Below, piece after piece: positions 8,573 to 18,885 of a stretch of 64,000 bases of DNA. The DNA lies in the NCBI GenBank assembly GCA_964229355.1, contig CAXRDE010000005.1, positions 165,131-229,130 on the forward strand. The letters are read 5' to 3'. The DNA is from Candidatus Sericytochromatia bacterium. Lineage in GTDB: Bacteria > Cyanobacteriota > Sericytochromatia > UBA7694. The notes under the pieces are model-generated. The model was not told the DNA's origin. It saw only the letters and a program-made list of their open reading frames with translations, and did not search any database. Every line of letters begins with the position of its first letter. Within the stretch, counting starts at the first letter, position 1. The translations under genes and the position numbers were made by a program.

Positions 8573-9328
8573 TTAAGGGTGTTGGCCTGGGCGCAAGAAA
8601 TAGCGCCCAGCCAGCCGGTGACAGCCGTTGCGTTCAAATACGCGTTGCATCGCCACATTGGCGTGCCCGGTGGAGCCAATATAGCGCTTCACCTGCCGTT
8701 GTGCCAGGGAAGCCAATCCCCATTGATGCAATAAAGCACCGTAGCCTTGCTGGCGAAAGGCCGGCATCACGCCAAGATAAGACAGGGTGCCCTCTGTGGG
8801 CTTATCCTCAAAAATTTGTGGTAAAACAACGCCTACGGCCTGCTCTGTAGGGGTAAAAGCCACCCACCACTGCTCCGCGTCAAAGGCTGCTCCCGCATGA
8901 GCCAGCAGCTCTTCGAATTCTTGCTCTGGCTGGGTCGCGGCAGAGGCTTCAGGATCGTCACTGGCAGCCTCGGTTAAATAGGCGAGAAAGGCAGCCTCTC
9001 CCAACGTGGCCAGACTCTGCCAGTGCAAGGTATTGTCAGGAAAAGCCAAAGTCTCATCTAACTGGCGCTCATACAGATATTTGCACCGGGCGGTTTCAAA
9101 CCCCTGAGCAAAAAGCCATTGCAAAATAGCGGGGGCGCGGTGGTCATCGATCATCAGCGTTTTTTCTGAGCTCAGACAGGTGCGCAAAGCCGCTAAAAAC
9201 AAATCTTGCTGCACAGGATTTACATTCTCCACGCCCTGCCAGGTCTGAATGACCCAACACAAATCGGGCAAAGGGCACAGCACCACGTGTATGCCCTCAG
9301 CCCGATAAGACCATGGGGAAACCGTCAT
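8573..9328 (-). CDS. GNAT-family N-acetyltransferase
   Basis: C-terminal GNAT fold motifs (VGVVLPQIFEDK...LSYLGVMPAFRQQGYGALLHQW...ANVAMQRVFERNGC). Start placed at MTVSPW (ATG 9328), overlapping the ychF stop by 1 nt (TAATG), rather than the longer ORF-track start at 9400. Confidence 0.6.
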   Translation of the reverse strand: MTVSPWSYRAEGIHVVLCPLPDLCWVIQTWQGVENVNPVQQDLFLAALRTCLSSEKTLMIDDHRAPAILQWLFAQGFETARCKYLYERQLDETLAFPDNTLHWQSLATLGEAAFLAYLTEAASDDPEASAATQPEQEFEELLAHAGAAFDAEQWWVAFTPTEQAVGVVLPQIFEDKPTEGTLSYLGVMPAFRQQGYGALLHQWGLASLAQRQVKRYIGSTGHANVAMQRVFERNGCHRLAGRYFLRPGQHP

Positions 9329-10428
9329 TAAACGTTCGAAAGAATATTTAAGATGTCGCCATCCTGGACAATATACTCTTTGCCCTCGGTCCGCACCCAA
9401 CCTTTGGAACGGGCTTCGGCATAAGAGCCGGCTTCTAACAGTTGCTCTGTAGAAACCACTTCCGCGCGAATAAACCCGCGCTCAAAGTCTGAGTGAATTT
9501 TACCGGCTGCCACAGGAGCTTTGCTGTTTTCACGCACCGTCCAGGCATGGGTTTCTTTTTCACCCGCGGTGATAAAAGTGATCAGGCCTAAAATACGATA
9601 ACCTGTGCGAATCAAGAGATTAAGGCCGGGTTCTTCCACGCCCAATTCCGCCAGAAACTCAGCGGCTTCTGCAGCATCCAGGGTAGCCAGCTCCGATTCA
9701 ATTTGCGCCGAAATTTTAATGACATCGTGACCTTCTGTAGCCGCGTATTCACGCACCACACGCACCATATCGTTGTCTTCGAGCAGGTGCTCTTCGGCCA
9801 CATTGGCCACATAAATCACCGGCTTATCTGTCACCAGGCCAAAGTCTTTGGGGATGGGCATGTCGTAGTCTTGAGAACGCACGGGTTTGCCTTCACTCAG
9901 CACCTGATAAATGGTTTCAGCCAATTCAATTTTGGCCAGATCATCTTTGGATTTGGCGCCTTTGGTGTTTTTCTTCATGCGCTCTAAGCGCTTTTCTAAG
10001 GTCGCCAGGTCAGCGAGCACCAACTCTAAGTTAATGGTCTCAATGTCCCGAATAGGATCCACAGAGCCGTCCACATGCACCACCTGGCCATCGTCAAAGC
10101 AGCGCACTACATGGGCAATGGCGTCCACCTCACGAATATGGGACAAGAATTGGTTGCCCAGCCCTTCACCTTTGTGGGCACCACGCACGAGGCCTGCAAT
10201 ATCCACAAACTCTACGGTAGCGGGAATAATCGTGGGTGTGCGATCGCCTTTGGCATATAAAGCCTGTAGTTTAGGGAGGCGGTCATCGGGCACGGCAACC
10301 ATGCCTACATTTTTATCGATGGTGGCAAAAGGGAAGTTGGCGGCCACAGCACCTGCTTTTGTAATTGCGTTAAAAAGAGTGGATTTACCCACGTTGGGAA
10401 GGCCCACAATACCAATACCAAGACTCAT
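9328..10428 (-). CDS. ychF: Ribosome-binding ATPase YchF (Obg-family GTPase)
   Basis: [27 protein letters not shown]...[18 protein letters not shown] (G1-G3 motifs). C-terminal TGS domain ([17 protein letters not shown]). 366 aa, typical length. Confidence 0.95.
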   Translation of the reverse strand: MSLGIGIVGLPNVGKSTLFNAITKAGAVAANFPFATIDKNVGMVAVPDDRLPKLQALYAKGDRTPTIIPATVEFVDIAGLVRGAHKGEGLGNQFLSHIREVDAIAHVVRCFDDGQVVHVDGSVDPIRDIETINLELVLADLATLEKRLERMKKNTKGAKSKDDLAKIELAETIYQVLSEGKPVRSQDYDMPIPKDFGLVTDKPVIYVANVAEEHLLEDNDMVRVVREYAATEGHDVIKISAQIESELATLDAAEAAEFLAELGVEEPGLNLLIRTGYRILGLITFITAGEKETHAWTVRENSKAPVAAGKIHSDFERGFIRAEVVSTEQLLEAGSYAEARSKGWVRTEGKEYIVQDGDILNILSNV

Positions 10429-10624
10429 ATAATACTGTTTTCCTAGCTAAATAAAATCATTCGTGGGCATTATACCGAGAAAGTCTCAGTTACAGACACC
10501 CAATAGCCCAATCACCCCTCATATTGTTAAATGTTCTTTAAAAAACAAGCGCCCCACACAAGAACAAAAGTTTAACCCCGATAAAATAGACGTCTACCCA
10601 TCTATCTTTAAGTAGGATACGTTT

Positions 10625-11413
10625 ATGATTTCACCCACCAATAACTTAGTTAAACTCGGTATCGGTGCCGCCCACCGCATGCGCCTGGAACTGGCTGATC
10701 AGTTATTTTTTCCTGTACTGGTAGATAAAAGCAACCCCTCTCAACCCATGCCCGGGGGCTACATCGGCAATCGCAGTGGTATTTCTACCCGTCTGACCGC
10801 CGACGGCATTGCCGGTAATACAGGAGCCTACGGAGCTGACTACAGCGCACTGGCGGGAGATCCTATCGCAGCAGTCAAAACCATGACCTCTGATGGCCCC
10901 ATCTACACCATGCAACGCTATGATGGCAAAGGCATTATTACCATTGAAGATGCGCGTCTCAACGGTGATCTAAACCCGTCTGCACCTCAATACGATTATT
11001 CTTCAACCCCACGGTATATCGTCAAAGCCGACGGTATTGTCTATGATATCTTAGCCCTCAAAGGTGTCGATCCAGACCCCGATGAAACCGCAGCAAACGG
11101 TCCCTATCAGCACTGGGCTTTTGCAGCCGAAGGACTTCCGAACCCTGCCGGAGGAACCTTTGGCACCGGCACCTATGCTGGTGCCAACAATGCTTACAGG
11201 CCCCATAACGACTTCTTGCCTGCCAATATCACCGAAGATATGTATGTGCGCCCTGTGGGCTTGATTTCATTCCGGGACAAGCAAGGTGCCTCTTCAGGTG
11301 CGATTCAGGAACAACTGCAACGGGCCCAAAGCACATTAGATACCATGAGCCGCCTCTTACGCAGCCTTCACCAGGAATCTCAAACCGCCTTTGCAAACTT
11401 CGTGGTGCGCTAG
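10625..11413 (+). CDS. Hypothetical protein (Gly/Ala/Pro/Tyr-rich, no signal peptide)
   Basis: 262-aa ORF with coding-like composition, an AGGA RBS, and a C-terminal predicted helical segment. No recognisable domain. Confidence 0.45.
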   Translation: MISPTNNLVKLGIGAAHRMRLELADQLFFPVLVDKSNPSQPMPGGYIGNRSGISTRLTADGIAGNTGAYGADYSALAGDPIAAVKTMTSDGPIYTMQRYDGKGIITIEDARLNGDLNPSAPQYDYSSTPRYIVKADGIVYDILALKGVDPDPDETAANGPYQHWAFAAEGLPNPAGGTFGTGTYAGANNAYRPHNDFLPANITEDMYVRPVGLISFRDKQGASSGAIQEQLQRAQSTLDTMSRLLRSLHQESQTAFANFVVR

Positions 11414-11418
11414 GTTTT

Positions 11419-11784
11419 TTAACCCACGCAAACCACGAGAACTTCAAAAATATCCTGGGACACCCGACGCAGATGTTTCACCTGAACACAACTGCCTTCC
11501 GGGTGTCCTTTTTGTGTCAGATGATCAATAAGTTGAGTTTGAATCGCTAAACGCAAGGCCTGCGGATCGTCTACCGCTTCAAAAACCAGTGTCACCTGTT
11601 GCAACCACTGTCCAGAAGCATCGTAGGTGAGACCTTTTTGCTCTGCATGAACAAAAGTGGAGGTCAAAAACGTGTCTGACGGGATCGAAGCCGTCGACGG
11701 AGCGGGTTCATGGCCACAACTTTGTATGGCTGCCAAAAGCAAACAAGACACAAATGCTTTCACCCGGTGTACCCCCTTAGTCAT
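11419..11784 (-). CDS. Small secreted protein or lipoprotein, hypothetical
   Basis: N-terminal signal peptide [24 protein letters not shown] (Cys after a hydrophobic core), 121 aa, convergent with the previous gene. Confidence 0.4.
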   Translation of the reverse strand: MTKGVHRVKAFVSCLLLAAIQSCGHEPAPSTASIPSDTFLTSTFVHAEQKGLTYDASGQWLQQVTLVFEAVDDPQALRLAIQTQLIDHLTQKGHPEGSCVQVKHLRRVSQDIFEVLVVCVG

Positions 11785-11863
11785 TTCTCATTGGGATCTG
11801 TGTTGCTGTACAATACTTCAAACATCATCTTACAGCAAGAGCCTGACCAAGAAAGAGATTCCC

Positions 11864-13417
11864 ATGAGTGATTCCACTGCTGAAAAAATTGAGCGCCTCA
11901 AACAAAAGCATGGAGAAATTTTAAAAGGCCAGCCTGCCGCCATTGAAAAACAACATGCGCGCGGTAAGAAAACAGCCCGTGAGCGTCTGGATATTTTATT
12001 GGATCCCGGCAGCTTCGTAGAGTTCGATAAATTTTCGGTGCACCGCTGCTCTCACTTTGGCATGGAGCACAAAAAAATTGAGGGCGATGGTGTCATCACC
12101 GGCTGGGGAAAAATCGAAGGCCAACCCGTGTACGTGTTTTCTCACGACTTCACGGCCTTTGGTGGATCTTTGGGCGAAGTCTTTGCGGAAAAAATCTGCA
12201 AGATTATGGATCTTGCCGTACAAAACGGCACCCCGCTTATTGGCATCAATGATTCTGGGGGCGCCCGCATTCAAGAAGGAGTCGTCTCGTTGGCGGGCTA
12301 TGCCGATATTTTTTACCGTAACGTTCAGGCCTCAGGGGTCATTCCCCAAATCTCAGTAATTATGGGTCCATGTGCCGGAGGCGCAGTGTATTCACCGGCA
12401 CTCACCGATTTCACCTTTATGGTAGAAAACACCAGTCATATGTTTATTACCGGACCCGATGTGGTCAAAACCGTTACCGGTGAAGAGATCAGCTTTGAGG
12501 ACTTAGGCGGTGCCCATACCCACGCCAGCATCAGCGGTGTGGCTCACCTGACTTATCCCGATGAAACCAGCTGTTTAGAGCATGTGCGTTATCTTATGAG
12601 CTTTTTGCCCGCCAATAATTTGAGCGGCAGCCCGCAAAGTCCAGCTCAAGACCCTATCGATCGCAGAGAAGATAGCTTAAACACCCTCATTCCAGACAAC
12701 CCCAACAAGCCCTACGATATGCACACCGTTGTGGAAACCCTTGTGGATGAAGGCGAGTTTTTCGAAATTCAGCCCGATTACGCACCCAACTTGCTTACAG
12801 GTTTTGCCCGCATGAATGGGCAGTCGGTAGGTATTGTGGCCAATCAACCCTTAGCCCTGGCCGGCGTGCTCGATATTAACGCCTCTGTCAAAGGAGGACG
12901 TTTTGTGCGCTTTTGCGACGCCTTCAATATTCCGCTGATCACCCTCGTGGACGTCCCTGGCTTTTTGCCCGGCAAAGATCAAGAGTACGGTGGCATTATT
13001 CGCCACGGTGCCAAGCTGCTTTATGCTTACGCGGAAGCCACCGTGCCCAAAATCACCCTCATTACCCGCAAGGCCTACGGCGGAGCTTACGACGTCATGT
13101 GCAGTAAACACCTACATGCCGACATGAACTTTGCCTGGCCCACCGCTGAGATTGCCGTTATGGGCCCCCAGGGAGCAGTACAGATTATTTCTCGCAAAGA
13201 AATTGCTGAAGCCGAAAATCCTGAAGCTGCCACGGCAGCACTTACCGAGACCTACAAAGAAACCTTTGCAAACCCCTATATTGCCGCCCAGCGGGGATAC
13301 ATTGACGATGTGATTGAGCCTGCCGAAACCCGTAAACACCTGATTCAAGCCCTGGCTATGAATCAGCGCAAACGGGAGCAAGCCCCGCGGCGCAAGCACG
13401 GAAACATTCCCCTGTGA
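11864..13417 (+). CDS. pccB: Acyl-CoA (propionyl/methylmalonyl-CoA) carboxylase carboxyltransferase beta subunit
   Basis: [57 protein letters not shown]...[18 protein letters not shown]: classic PccB/AccD5 carboxyltransferase N- and C-domains. Start moved from ORF-track 11657 to the internal ATG at 11864, where homology begins. Confidence 0.9.
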   Translation: MSDSTAEKIERLKQKHGEILKGQPAAIEKQHARGKKTARERLDILLDPGSFVEFDKFSVHRCSHFGMEHKKIEGDGVITGWGKIEGQPVYVFSHDFTAFGGSLGEVFAEKICKIMDLAVQNGTPLIGINDSGGARIQEGVVSLAGYADIFYRNVQASGVIPQISVIMGPCAGGAVYSPALTDFTFMVENTSHMFITGPDVVKTVTGEEISFEDLGGAHTHASISGVAHLTYPDETSCLEHVRYLMSFLPANNLSGSPQSPAQDPIDRREDSLNTLIPDNPNKPYDMHTVVETLVDEGEFFEIQPDYAPNLLTGFARMNGQSVGIVANQPLALAGVLDINASVKGGRFVRFCDAFNIPLITLVDVPGFLPGKDQEYGGIIRHGAKLLYAYAEATVPKITLITRKAYGGAYDVMCSKHLHADMNFAWPTAEIAVMGPQGAVQIISRKEIAEAENPEAATAALTETYKETFANPYIAAQRGYIDDVIEPAETRKHLIQALAMNQRKREQAPRRKHGNIPL

Positions 13418-13614
13418 AGCGCATCGTCGTCTTAAAGGGCAACCCCACACCTGAAGAACTGGCCCTTATTGTGGCGCGGCTGCAAAGCACCCACAAGGCC
13501 CCTGAGCCCACGTCAGCAAACGCTGGCCCCCTTAGCCCCTGGCAACAGCAAGCCCACAGTGAGCAGCTAGACCGATGGCCCGCCCGCCTGGGAGATTCGC
13601 ACTGGCGCGTCTAA
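13414..13614 (+). CDS. Acyl-CoA carboxylase epsilon subunit (ACC_epsilon-like small protein)
   Basis: 66 aa, GTG start overlapping the pccB stop (GTGA). [24 protein letters not shown] matches the AccE/PccE signature (..VVRGNPT.EELAA.VAV). Confidence 0.5.
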   Translation: MKRIVVLKGNPTPEELALIVARLQSTHKAPEPTSANAGPLSPWQQQAHSEQLDRWPARLGDSHWRV

Positions 13615-13615
13615 C

Positions 13616-15451
13616 ATGGTAAAGCCCTACGAACTTCCTGTAGAAGACCCCCTTAGCGGTAATCAACGCCGTGTAGAGATTGCGGGCATTCTCTTGCAAA
13701 ACGGCTGGGATGTTCTGGTCCGGCGGCTGGGGTTGCTCGAAATTATTCCAGGCGGCTGGCGACAGCGCTTTCTCAAACAATCTCTGCTCGAAGAAGAAGA
13801 CACAGGTCCTCTCTTGCCCGTCCCCCAGGCCGTGCGCAAGACCCTTGAAGAGCTGGGTCCCACCTTTGTTAAACTGGGACAGGTCTTAAGCACCCGCGCC
13901 GATCTCTTGCCCGAAAGCTATATCACTGAGCTGAAGAAGCTTCAAGAAAACGTCACCCCCGTGCCCTGGGGACTGATGGAACCGGTCATTTTGCAAGAGT
14001 GGAATACCCGCCAGCGCCTCTTAAAACTGCAAAACCCGCAATACGATATGCGCTGGGCCGAGCGTGTTCACGATATTTTTGAAACCTTTGAGACCGTTCC
14101 TCTCGCTGCGGGCTCCCTGGGGCAAGCCTATAAAGCCAGCATTATCGAAGAGGGCACACCCGTTTCGGTAATTGTAAAGGTGCAGCGTCCGGGCTTACTG
14201 CCCGTGGTGGATGCCGACATCAAAATTTTGCGCGATATCGTCGGCCTGGTGGAGCGCACCCACTGGGGCAAAGACTATAACTTTATGGCCATGGTGGATG
14301 AATTCGCGACGGTGATTCGCAACGAATTGGATTTTGTGCAAGAAGCCGAAAATACCGAAGCCATTAAAGCCAATCTGCAAAATTTTTACTCTGAAAAAGA
14401 CATCAAGACCGCCGATATCTACTGGGAATATACCAGTCAGCGCATGATGACCATGGCCTTCATTGAAGGTGAAAAAATTGAGCTGTTTTTCATTCAAAAA
14501 ATAGACCAAATTTTGCAATACCAAAAGCGAAAGCCCGGGCAAGCCCGTGACGATATCAGCCGTGAACGGAAGCGTCTGGCCCAGATCATTACCAACGCCT
14601 TCTTGCATCAGGTGTTTATTGACGGCTTTTTTCATGCGGACCCCCACCCCGGCAATATGCTCTTGCAACCAGACTATGAAGCCGGGCATATGCAATTGGT
14701 GCTCCTGGACTTTGGCATGGTGGGGCGAATTGATCCACGCTCCCGCAGTCTTTTGATTGACTTTCTATTGGCCATTATTCAATTTGATTCCCGTCGGGCC
14801 ACTGACCGAATTTTAGAGTTTGGCAAAGCCCCCCCCACCATCGATCGCCACGCCTTCGCCCAGGACCTGGACCATATTTTACGCAGCACCCTGGGCAAAC
14901 CCATCAAAGAGGTGCAGGTGGGCAAAATCTTGCAAGACATCTTAGATATGACGCTGCGCTATCGGATTCAATTGCCCGGCATTTTTATTACCCTTATTCG
15001 CGTGCTGATCACCATTGAAGGCATTTGCCGTCAGTTGGATCAGGAGTATGTGCTGATCAAAGCCGCAGAACCCTTTGTGGTAGAAGCTATTAAAAATCAA
15101 TTTGTGCAAACCTTTACCCTGCGCGATATGGCACGGGTGGGCTTAGAGTTGACCCAATTGCTCAATAGTCTGCCCCGCCAACTGGACGATTTCTTTGTCA
15201 ATTTAAACTCAGGTCGCCTGCAAACCATCACCGAGCACCGCAACCTGGAGGGTTTAGAGTCGGGCCTACAACGTCTGGGTAACCAAATTGCTGCAGGTAT
15301 GATCGTCTGCGGCCTACTCATTGCCTCTGCGCTAAGTTTACAGGTCCATCGAGGGCCCAGTATTTTTGGAACCCCGCTGGTCAGCATCGGCTTTTTTGCC
15401 CTCACGATTATTTTGGGACTCTGGCTCTTAAACAAAATTAACCAGCGTTAA
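13616..15451 (+). CDS. ABC1/UbiB-family atypical protein kinase with C-terminal TM helices
   Basis: ABC1 motifs LGQVLSTRADLLPESYITELKKLQ, AAGSLGQAYKA, HADPHPGNMLL, LLDFGMVG. Two C-terminal TM segments. Confidence 0.9.
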   Translation: MVKPYELPVEDPLSGNQRRVEIAGILLQNGWDVLVRRLGLLEIIPGGWRQRFLKQSLLEEEDTGPLLPVPQAVRKTLEELGPTFVKLGQVLSTRADLLPESYITELKKLQENVTPVPWGLMEPVILQEWNTRQRLLKLQNPQYDMRWAERVHDIFETFETVPLAAGSLGQAYKASIIEEGTPVSVIVKVQRPGLLPVVDADIKILRDIVGLVERTHWGKDYNFMAMVDEFATVIRNELDFVQEAENTEAIKANLQNFYSEKDIKTADIYWEYTSQRMMTMAFIEGEKIELFFIQKIDQILQYQKRKPGQARDDISRERKRLAQIITNAFLHQVFIDGFFHADPHPGNMLLQPDYEAGHMQLVLLDFGMVGRIDPRSRSLLIDFLLAIIQFDSRRATDRILEFGKAPPTIDRHAFAQDLDHILRSTLGKPIKEVQVGKILQDILDMTLRYRIQLPGIFITLIRVLITIEGICRQLDQEYVLIKAAEPFVVEAIKNQFVQTFTLRDMARVGLELTQLLNSLPRQLDDFFVNLNSGRLQTITEHRNLEGLESGLQRLGNQIAAGMIVCGLLIASALSLQVHRGPSIFGTPLVSIGFFALTIILGLWLLNKINQR

Positions 15452-15545
15452 TTTCACAAAAACAATTCTCAATTTGTCACCGAAAAGCAAATCCACCTCC
15501 ATAAAAATGAGAGGTCTGTTATCATAAGGTAATGGAGTAAATACA

Positions 15546-17630
15546 GTGACGAGCACGCCTGAAAAGCAGCAAAAAAAATACTGTCTCAACTGCTTCCATA
15601 TCATGGAAGCAGAGCAAATGCTATGCGAAAACTGCAAATACCTTCAACCCAGCACCTATAACCCCACATATATACGCCCTCCCTATCGGATTCAACAATA
15701 TATTTTAGGTCGCGTTTTAGGCCATGGCGGTTTTGCCATTACCTATCTGGCTTATGACCGCAGTTTGGGCACGCGCGTCGCCATTAAAGAATATTTTCCC
15801 GCAGAGTTTGCCAACCGTGCACCGGACGGTGAAAACATCGTTCCCTACGAGGGAGAACGCGAAACCCTCTTTCAACTGGGGAAAGAAAAATTCATTGCCG
15901 AAGCCCGTTTATTGGCCACCCTGCGCAACCCCAATATTATTCGCATTCGACAATTTATTGAGAACGCCAACACCGCCTACTTTATTATGGAGTACTTAGA
16001 GGGCCATACGCTAAAAGAGTACATTATGCAAAAGGGGGGACAATTAAGCTGGGAAGAAACCAAAGCTTTATTGCTGCCCATTTTAGGGGCTTTAGAAGAA
16101 GTACACTCCAAGCAGTGCTACCACCGCGATATTAAACCCGAAAACATTTATATCTCTCAAAACAAAACCCCCATTCTGTTGGACTTTGGGGCTGCCCGCC
16201 AGCATATGTCAGGGGCTACTACAAATCTGCTGGCCTTTGTCACCCCCGGCTTTGCCCCTGCTGAGCAATACTCAGCAAACGGCGTCCAGGGTCCCTGGAC
16301 AGATATATATTCTCTAGCTGCCACCATGTATTACGCCTTAATGGGCGAAACGCCCCCTGTACCCCAGGATCGGGCCATGGGTGAAAGTGAATTGATTCGT
16401 CCCTCTGACAAAGGCATTGAGATTCCGCCTCGCGAAGAGGAGTGGTTGCTCAAAGGGCTCGAAGTCAAATGGAGCCACCGTCCTGAAAGTGTTGCCCAAT
16501 GGCGCATGATGCTAGAACGCAATTTCACCCAGACCGTGGAGCTCAAAGCCGAAGAGCTGCAAAAAGAAATGGGCATGGCCTTTTTACGCAGTGCCATTTT
16601 GCCCCGCTTAACCTTGCGCTTACTCACCCCTGAACAAGAACAAGAAATCCATGAAGCTGCGAAATTTATTGGTCTGAACACAGAACAGGTCAACGGGTTA
16701 ATTGAGCAGGCTTTATTAATGACCGGCTCTGAACGACGGGCGGCCATTCAAACTGAAACCGCACCCCTGCACAAGATCTCAAATACAGACGCCGTCAATT
16801 CCTCGTCTCGGGAACGGGTCGTTAAAGCCCGTATGGAGCAAGCCACACCCACCCCACCGCCTGCTCAGAGTCAGCCGCCAAAGTCAGCGCCCGGCCCCCA
16901 AATTCAAGCTGAAGACAGCAATGCCCTGGCCCCTCGCATTCGCAACTCGTTGGGCATGGAATTTGTACTGGTTAAACCCTTTCAGCTCAAAGAAGGCAAA
17001 GCCGAATACACCACCTTTAATCTGGGCACAGAACACCGACCTTATCAGATTCAGCTCACCCGCCCCTATTATTTGCAAACCACGCAAATCACCCAGGGTC
17101 AATGGCGGGTGGTCATGGGCAGCAATCCCTCTCATTTTCAGGGTGACGACTGGCAACCCGTGGAAAACATTTCCTGGGACGACACCGCTAATTTTATTCA
17201 GCGGCTGAATATGCTCAACGAGGGCTTTTACCGCTTACCCACCGAAGCCGAATGGTTTTTTGCCTGTTCAGGCCAGGGTGCTGAAGACCGTTATAGTTTT
17301 GGGAGCGATGAAAACCGCTTGCAGGACTATGCCTGGTATGACGCCAACGCGCAGGGACGTCCTCACGCCGTGGGCCTTAAGCGCCCCAATCGCTTTGGCC
17401 TCTATGATATGCACGGCAACGTTTGGGAATGGATCGCCGATCGCTTTGGCCCGTTTCCGGTCGGCGAATTTAAAAATCCCAAAGGCCCTGACCGGGGCAA
17501 CTCACGGGTCATGCGCGGCGGCAGCTGGAATTTAGGCGCCAATTACTGCACCGTCAAAAGCCGCAATTATGAGGCATCTCATTACAAAGCCTCGAATCTG
17601 GGTGTACGATTACTGCTAGAGCCCAAATAG
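15546..17630 (+). CDS. Ser/Thr protein kinase (N-terminal zinc ribbon) fused to a C-terminal FGE-sulfatase domain
   Basis: Cys4 ribbon CLNCFHIMEAEQMLCENCKY. Hanks kinase motifs GHGGFAITYLAYD, VAIKEY, YHRDIKPENI, LLDFGAAR, TPGFAPAEQ. Pro/Gln-rich linker. FGE-sulfatase motifs (NISWDDTANFIQRLN, YRLPTEAEW, GLYDMHGNVWEW, RVMRGGSWN). Confidence 0.9.
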   Translation: MTSTPEKQQKKYCLNCFHIMEAEQMLCENCKYLQPSTYNPTYIRPPYRIQQYILGRVLGHGGFAITYLAYDRSLGTRVAIKEYFPAEFANRAPDGENIVPYEGERETLFQLGKEKFIAEARLLATLRNPNIIRIRQFIENANTAYFIMEYLEGHTLKEYIMQKGGQLSWEETKALLLPILGALEEVHSKQCYHRDIKPENIYISQNKTPILLDFGAARQHMSGATTNLLAFVTPGFAPAEQYSANGVQGPWTDIYSLAATMYYALMGETPPVPQDRAMGESELIRPSDKGIEIPPREEEWLLKGLEVKWSHRPESVAQWRMMLERNFTQTVELKAEELQKEMGMAFLRSAILPRLTLRLLTPEQEQEIHEAAKFIGLNTEQVNGLIEQALLMTGSERRAAIQTETAPLHKISNTDAVNSSSRERVVKARMEQATPTPPPAQSQPPKSAPGPQIQAEDSNALAPRIRNSLGMEFVLVKPFQLKEGKAEYTTFNLGTEHRPYQIQLTRPYYLQTTQITQGQWRVVMGSNPSHFQGDDWQPVENISWDDTANFIQRLNMLNEGFYRLPTEAEWFFACSGQGAEDRYSFGSDENRLQDYAWYDANAQGRPHAVGLKRPNRFGLYDMHGNVWEWIADRFGPFPVGEFKNPKGPDRGNSRVMRGGSWNLGANYCTVKSRNYEASHYKASNLGVRLLLEPK

Positions 17631-17644
17631 CCCCAGGAGGCCCC

Positions 17645-18397
17645 ATGTACCGACACGACAACGCCTTTCAAGAAGAATATATTCCTGAACGCCGGGGGTT
17701 TCGCAATATTGCCTGGCTCTTAACGGCCGCGCTGCTGACCGTCTTTATTTGGCAAATTCCCTTTGGCGATTATCTGCTGTACCCCTTTAGTATTTTGGCC
17801 ACCTGGTTTCATGAGATGGGACACGGGGTCACCGCCATGTTGTTGGGGCAAAAATTTCGTCAGCTGCTCATTTTTCCGAATGGCTCAGGTATTGCCTACC
17901 ACACGGCCGGTGGCGCCCTCAGCAGCGCCCTGGTGGCCGCAGGCGGTCTTTTAGGCCCTCCCATTGCAGGCGCTGTGTTCATTTTAAACAGCACCTCTGC
18001 CAAACGCAGTCAGCTCTTATTGCGTTTACTGGGTATTGTACTACTGGTGTCTACGGTCATTTGGGTACGCACCGCCTTTGGCTGGGTGATTTTACCGCTA
18101 ATGGGCTTAAGTCTATTGGCCGTGGCTGGCAAAGGCCCCCTGTGGTTACAGCAGGTGGTCATTCAGTTTTTGGGTGTACAGGCCTGTATTAGCACCTATC
18201 GCCAGCTTGACTATTTGTTTATGGAGAGTGCCAATGTGGGAGGCAAGCAAATGCTGTCCGACACCGGCCACATTGCAGAAGCTCTGCTTTTGCCCTACTG
18301 GATCTGGGGCAGTGCCATCGCGGTGACGTCTTTTGGATTACTGGCCATGAGCCTGTGGCACGTGGCGCGTACGCCCGTTAAAAACACACGGCTTTAA
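17645..18397 (+). CDS. Peptidase M50B-like integral membrane metalloprotease
   Basis: TM helices with ILATWFHEMGHGVTAMLLG (HExxH within a helix), typical of the M50B-like family. 14 nt downstream of the kinase gene. Confidence 0.6.
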   Translation: MYRHDNAFQEEYIPERRGFRNIAWLLTAALLTVFIWQIPFGDYLLYPFSILATWFHEMGHGVTAMLLGQKFRQLLIFPNGSGIAYHTAGGALSSALVAAGGLLGPPIAGAVFILNSTSAKRSQLLLRLLGIVLLVSTVIWVRTAFGWVILPLMGLSLLAVAGKGPLWLQQVVIQFLGVQACISTYRQLDYLFMESANVGGKQMLSDTGHIAEALLLPYWIWGSAIAVTSFGLLAMSLWHVARTPVKNTRL

Positions 18398-18399
18398 GC

Positions 18400-18657
18400 A
18401 TGAATGATGTAGATCAAATACAGCTTCAAATTTTTCAGCGCATGTCTCCGGAGCGTCGACTCAAAATGGGGTTAGAAATGACTACAGATGGACTTCGCAT
18501 TATGGACTTACGCCTCTGTCAGCAGATGCCTGAAAGTAGCCAGGGAGAGAGAATGGCAGCACGCTTTGAAGCGCTTTATAAAAACGACCTGCCTCCAGAT
18601 GTGCTTCAAGCTTGCCTTAAAGGCCTTCGAAAGCACTGGAGAGAGCGTTCACATTAA
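18400..18657 (+). CDS. Hypothetical small protein (85 aa)
   Basis: ORF starting 2 nt after the M50B-like gene stop. No recognisable domain. Confidence 0.3.
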   Translation: MNDVDQIQLQIFQRMSPERRLKMGLEMTTDGLRIMDLRLCQQMPESSQGERMAARFEALYKNDLPPDVLQACLKGLRKHWRERSH

Positions 18658-18885
18658 CCGGTTATAGGGCGATTTCATAAATACGATGGGTCTGTGTAAG
18701 CGAGCCTGTCCTCGACTGACTCTTGCGGTAATGCTCCATTGGCTTGATCATCTAAGAGTGGGAATAATTTTTGCATGGCGGCAGGGTTGCACCACAGGTA
18801 GCTTTTCGCACAGTGATTATGCTCGCTCCAGTAGCAAAACGTACGCCGCTTCATTTTTAACAATTAAACAGGCACTTAAACGCAC

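Noticed and set aside
9328-9400. Long GNAT start at 9400 overlapping ychF by 73 nt
   Set aside because: An internal ATG at 9328 gives the classic 1-nt TAATG stop/start coupling, and the upstream 24 residues have no GNAT homology.
11657-11863. ORF-track N-terminal extension of pccB
   Set aside because: The extension ([28 protein letters not shown]...) has no homology to carboxyltransferases and overlaps the convergent small lipoprotein gene. Homology starts at the internal ATG at 11864.
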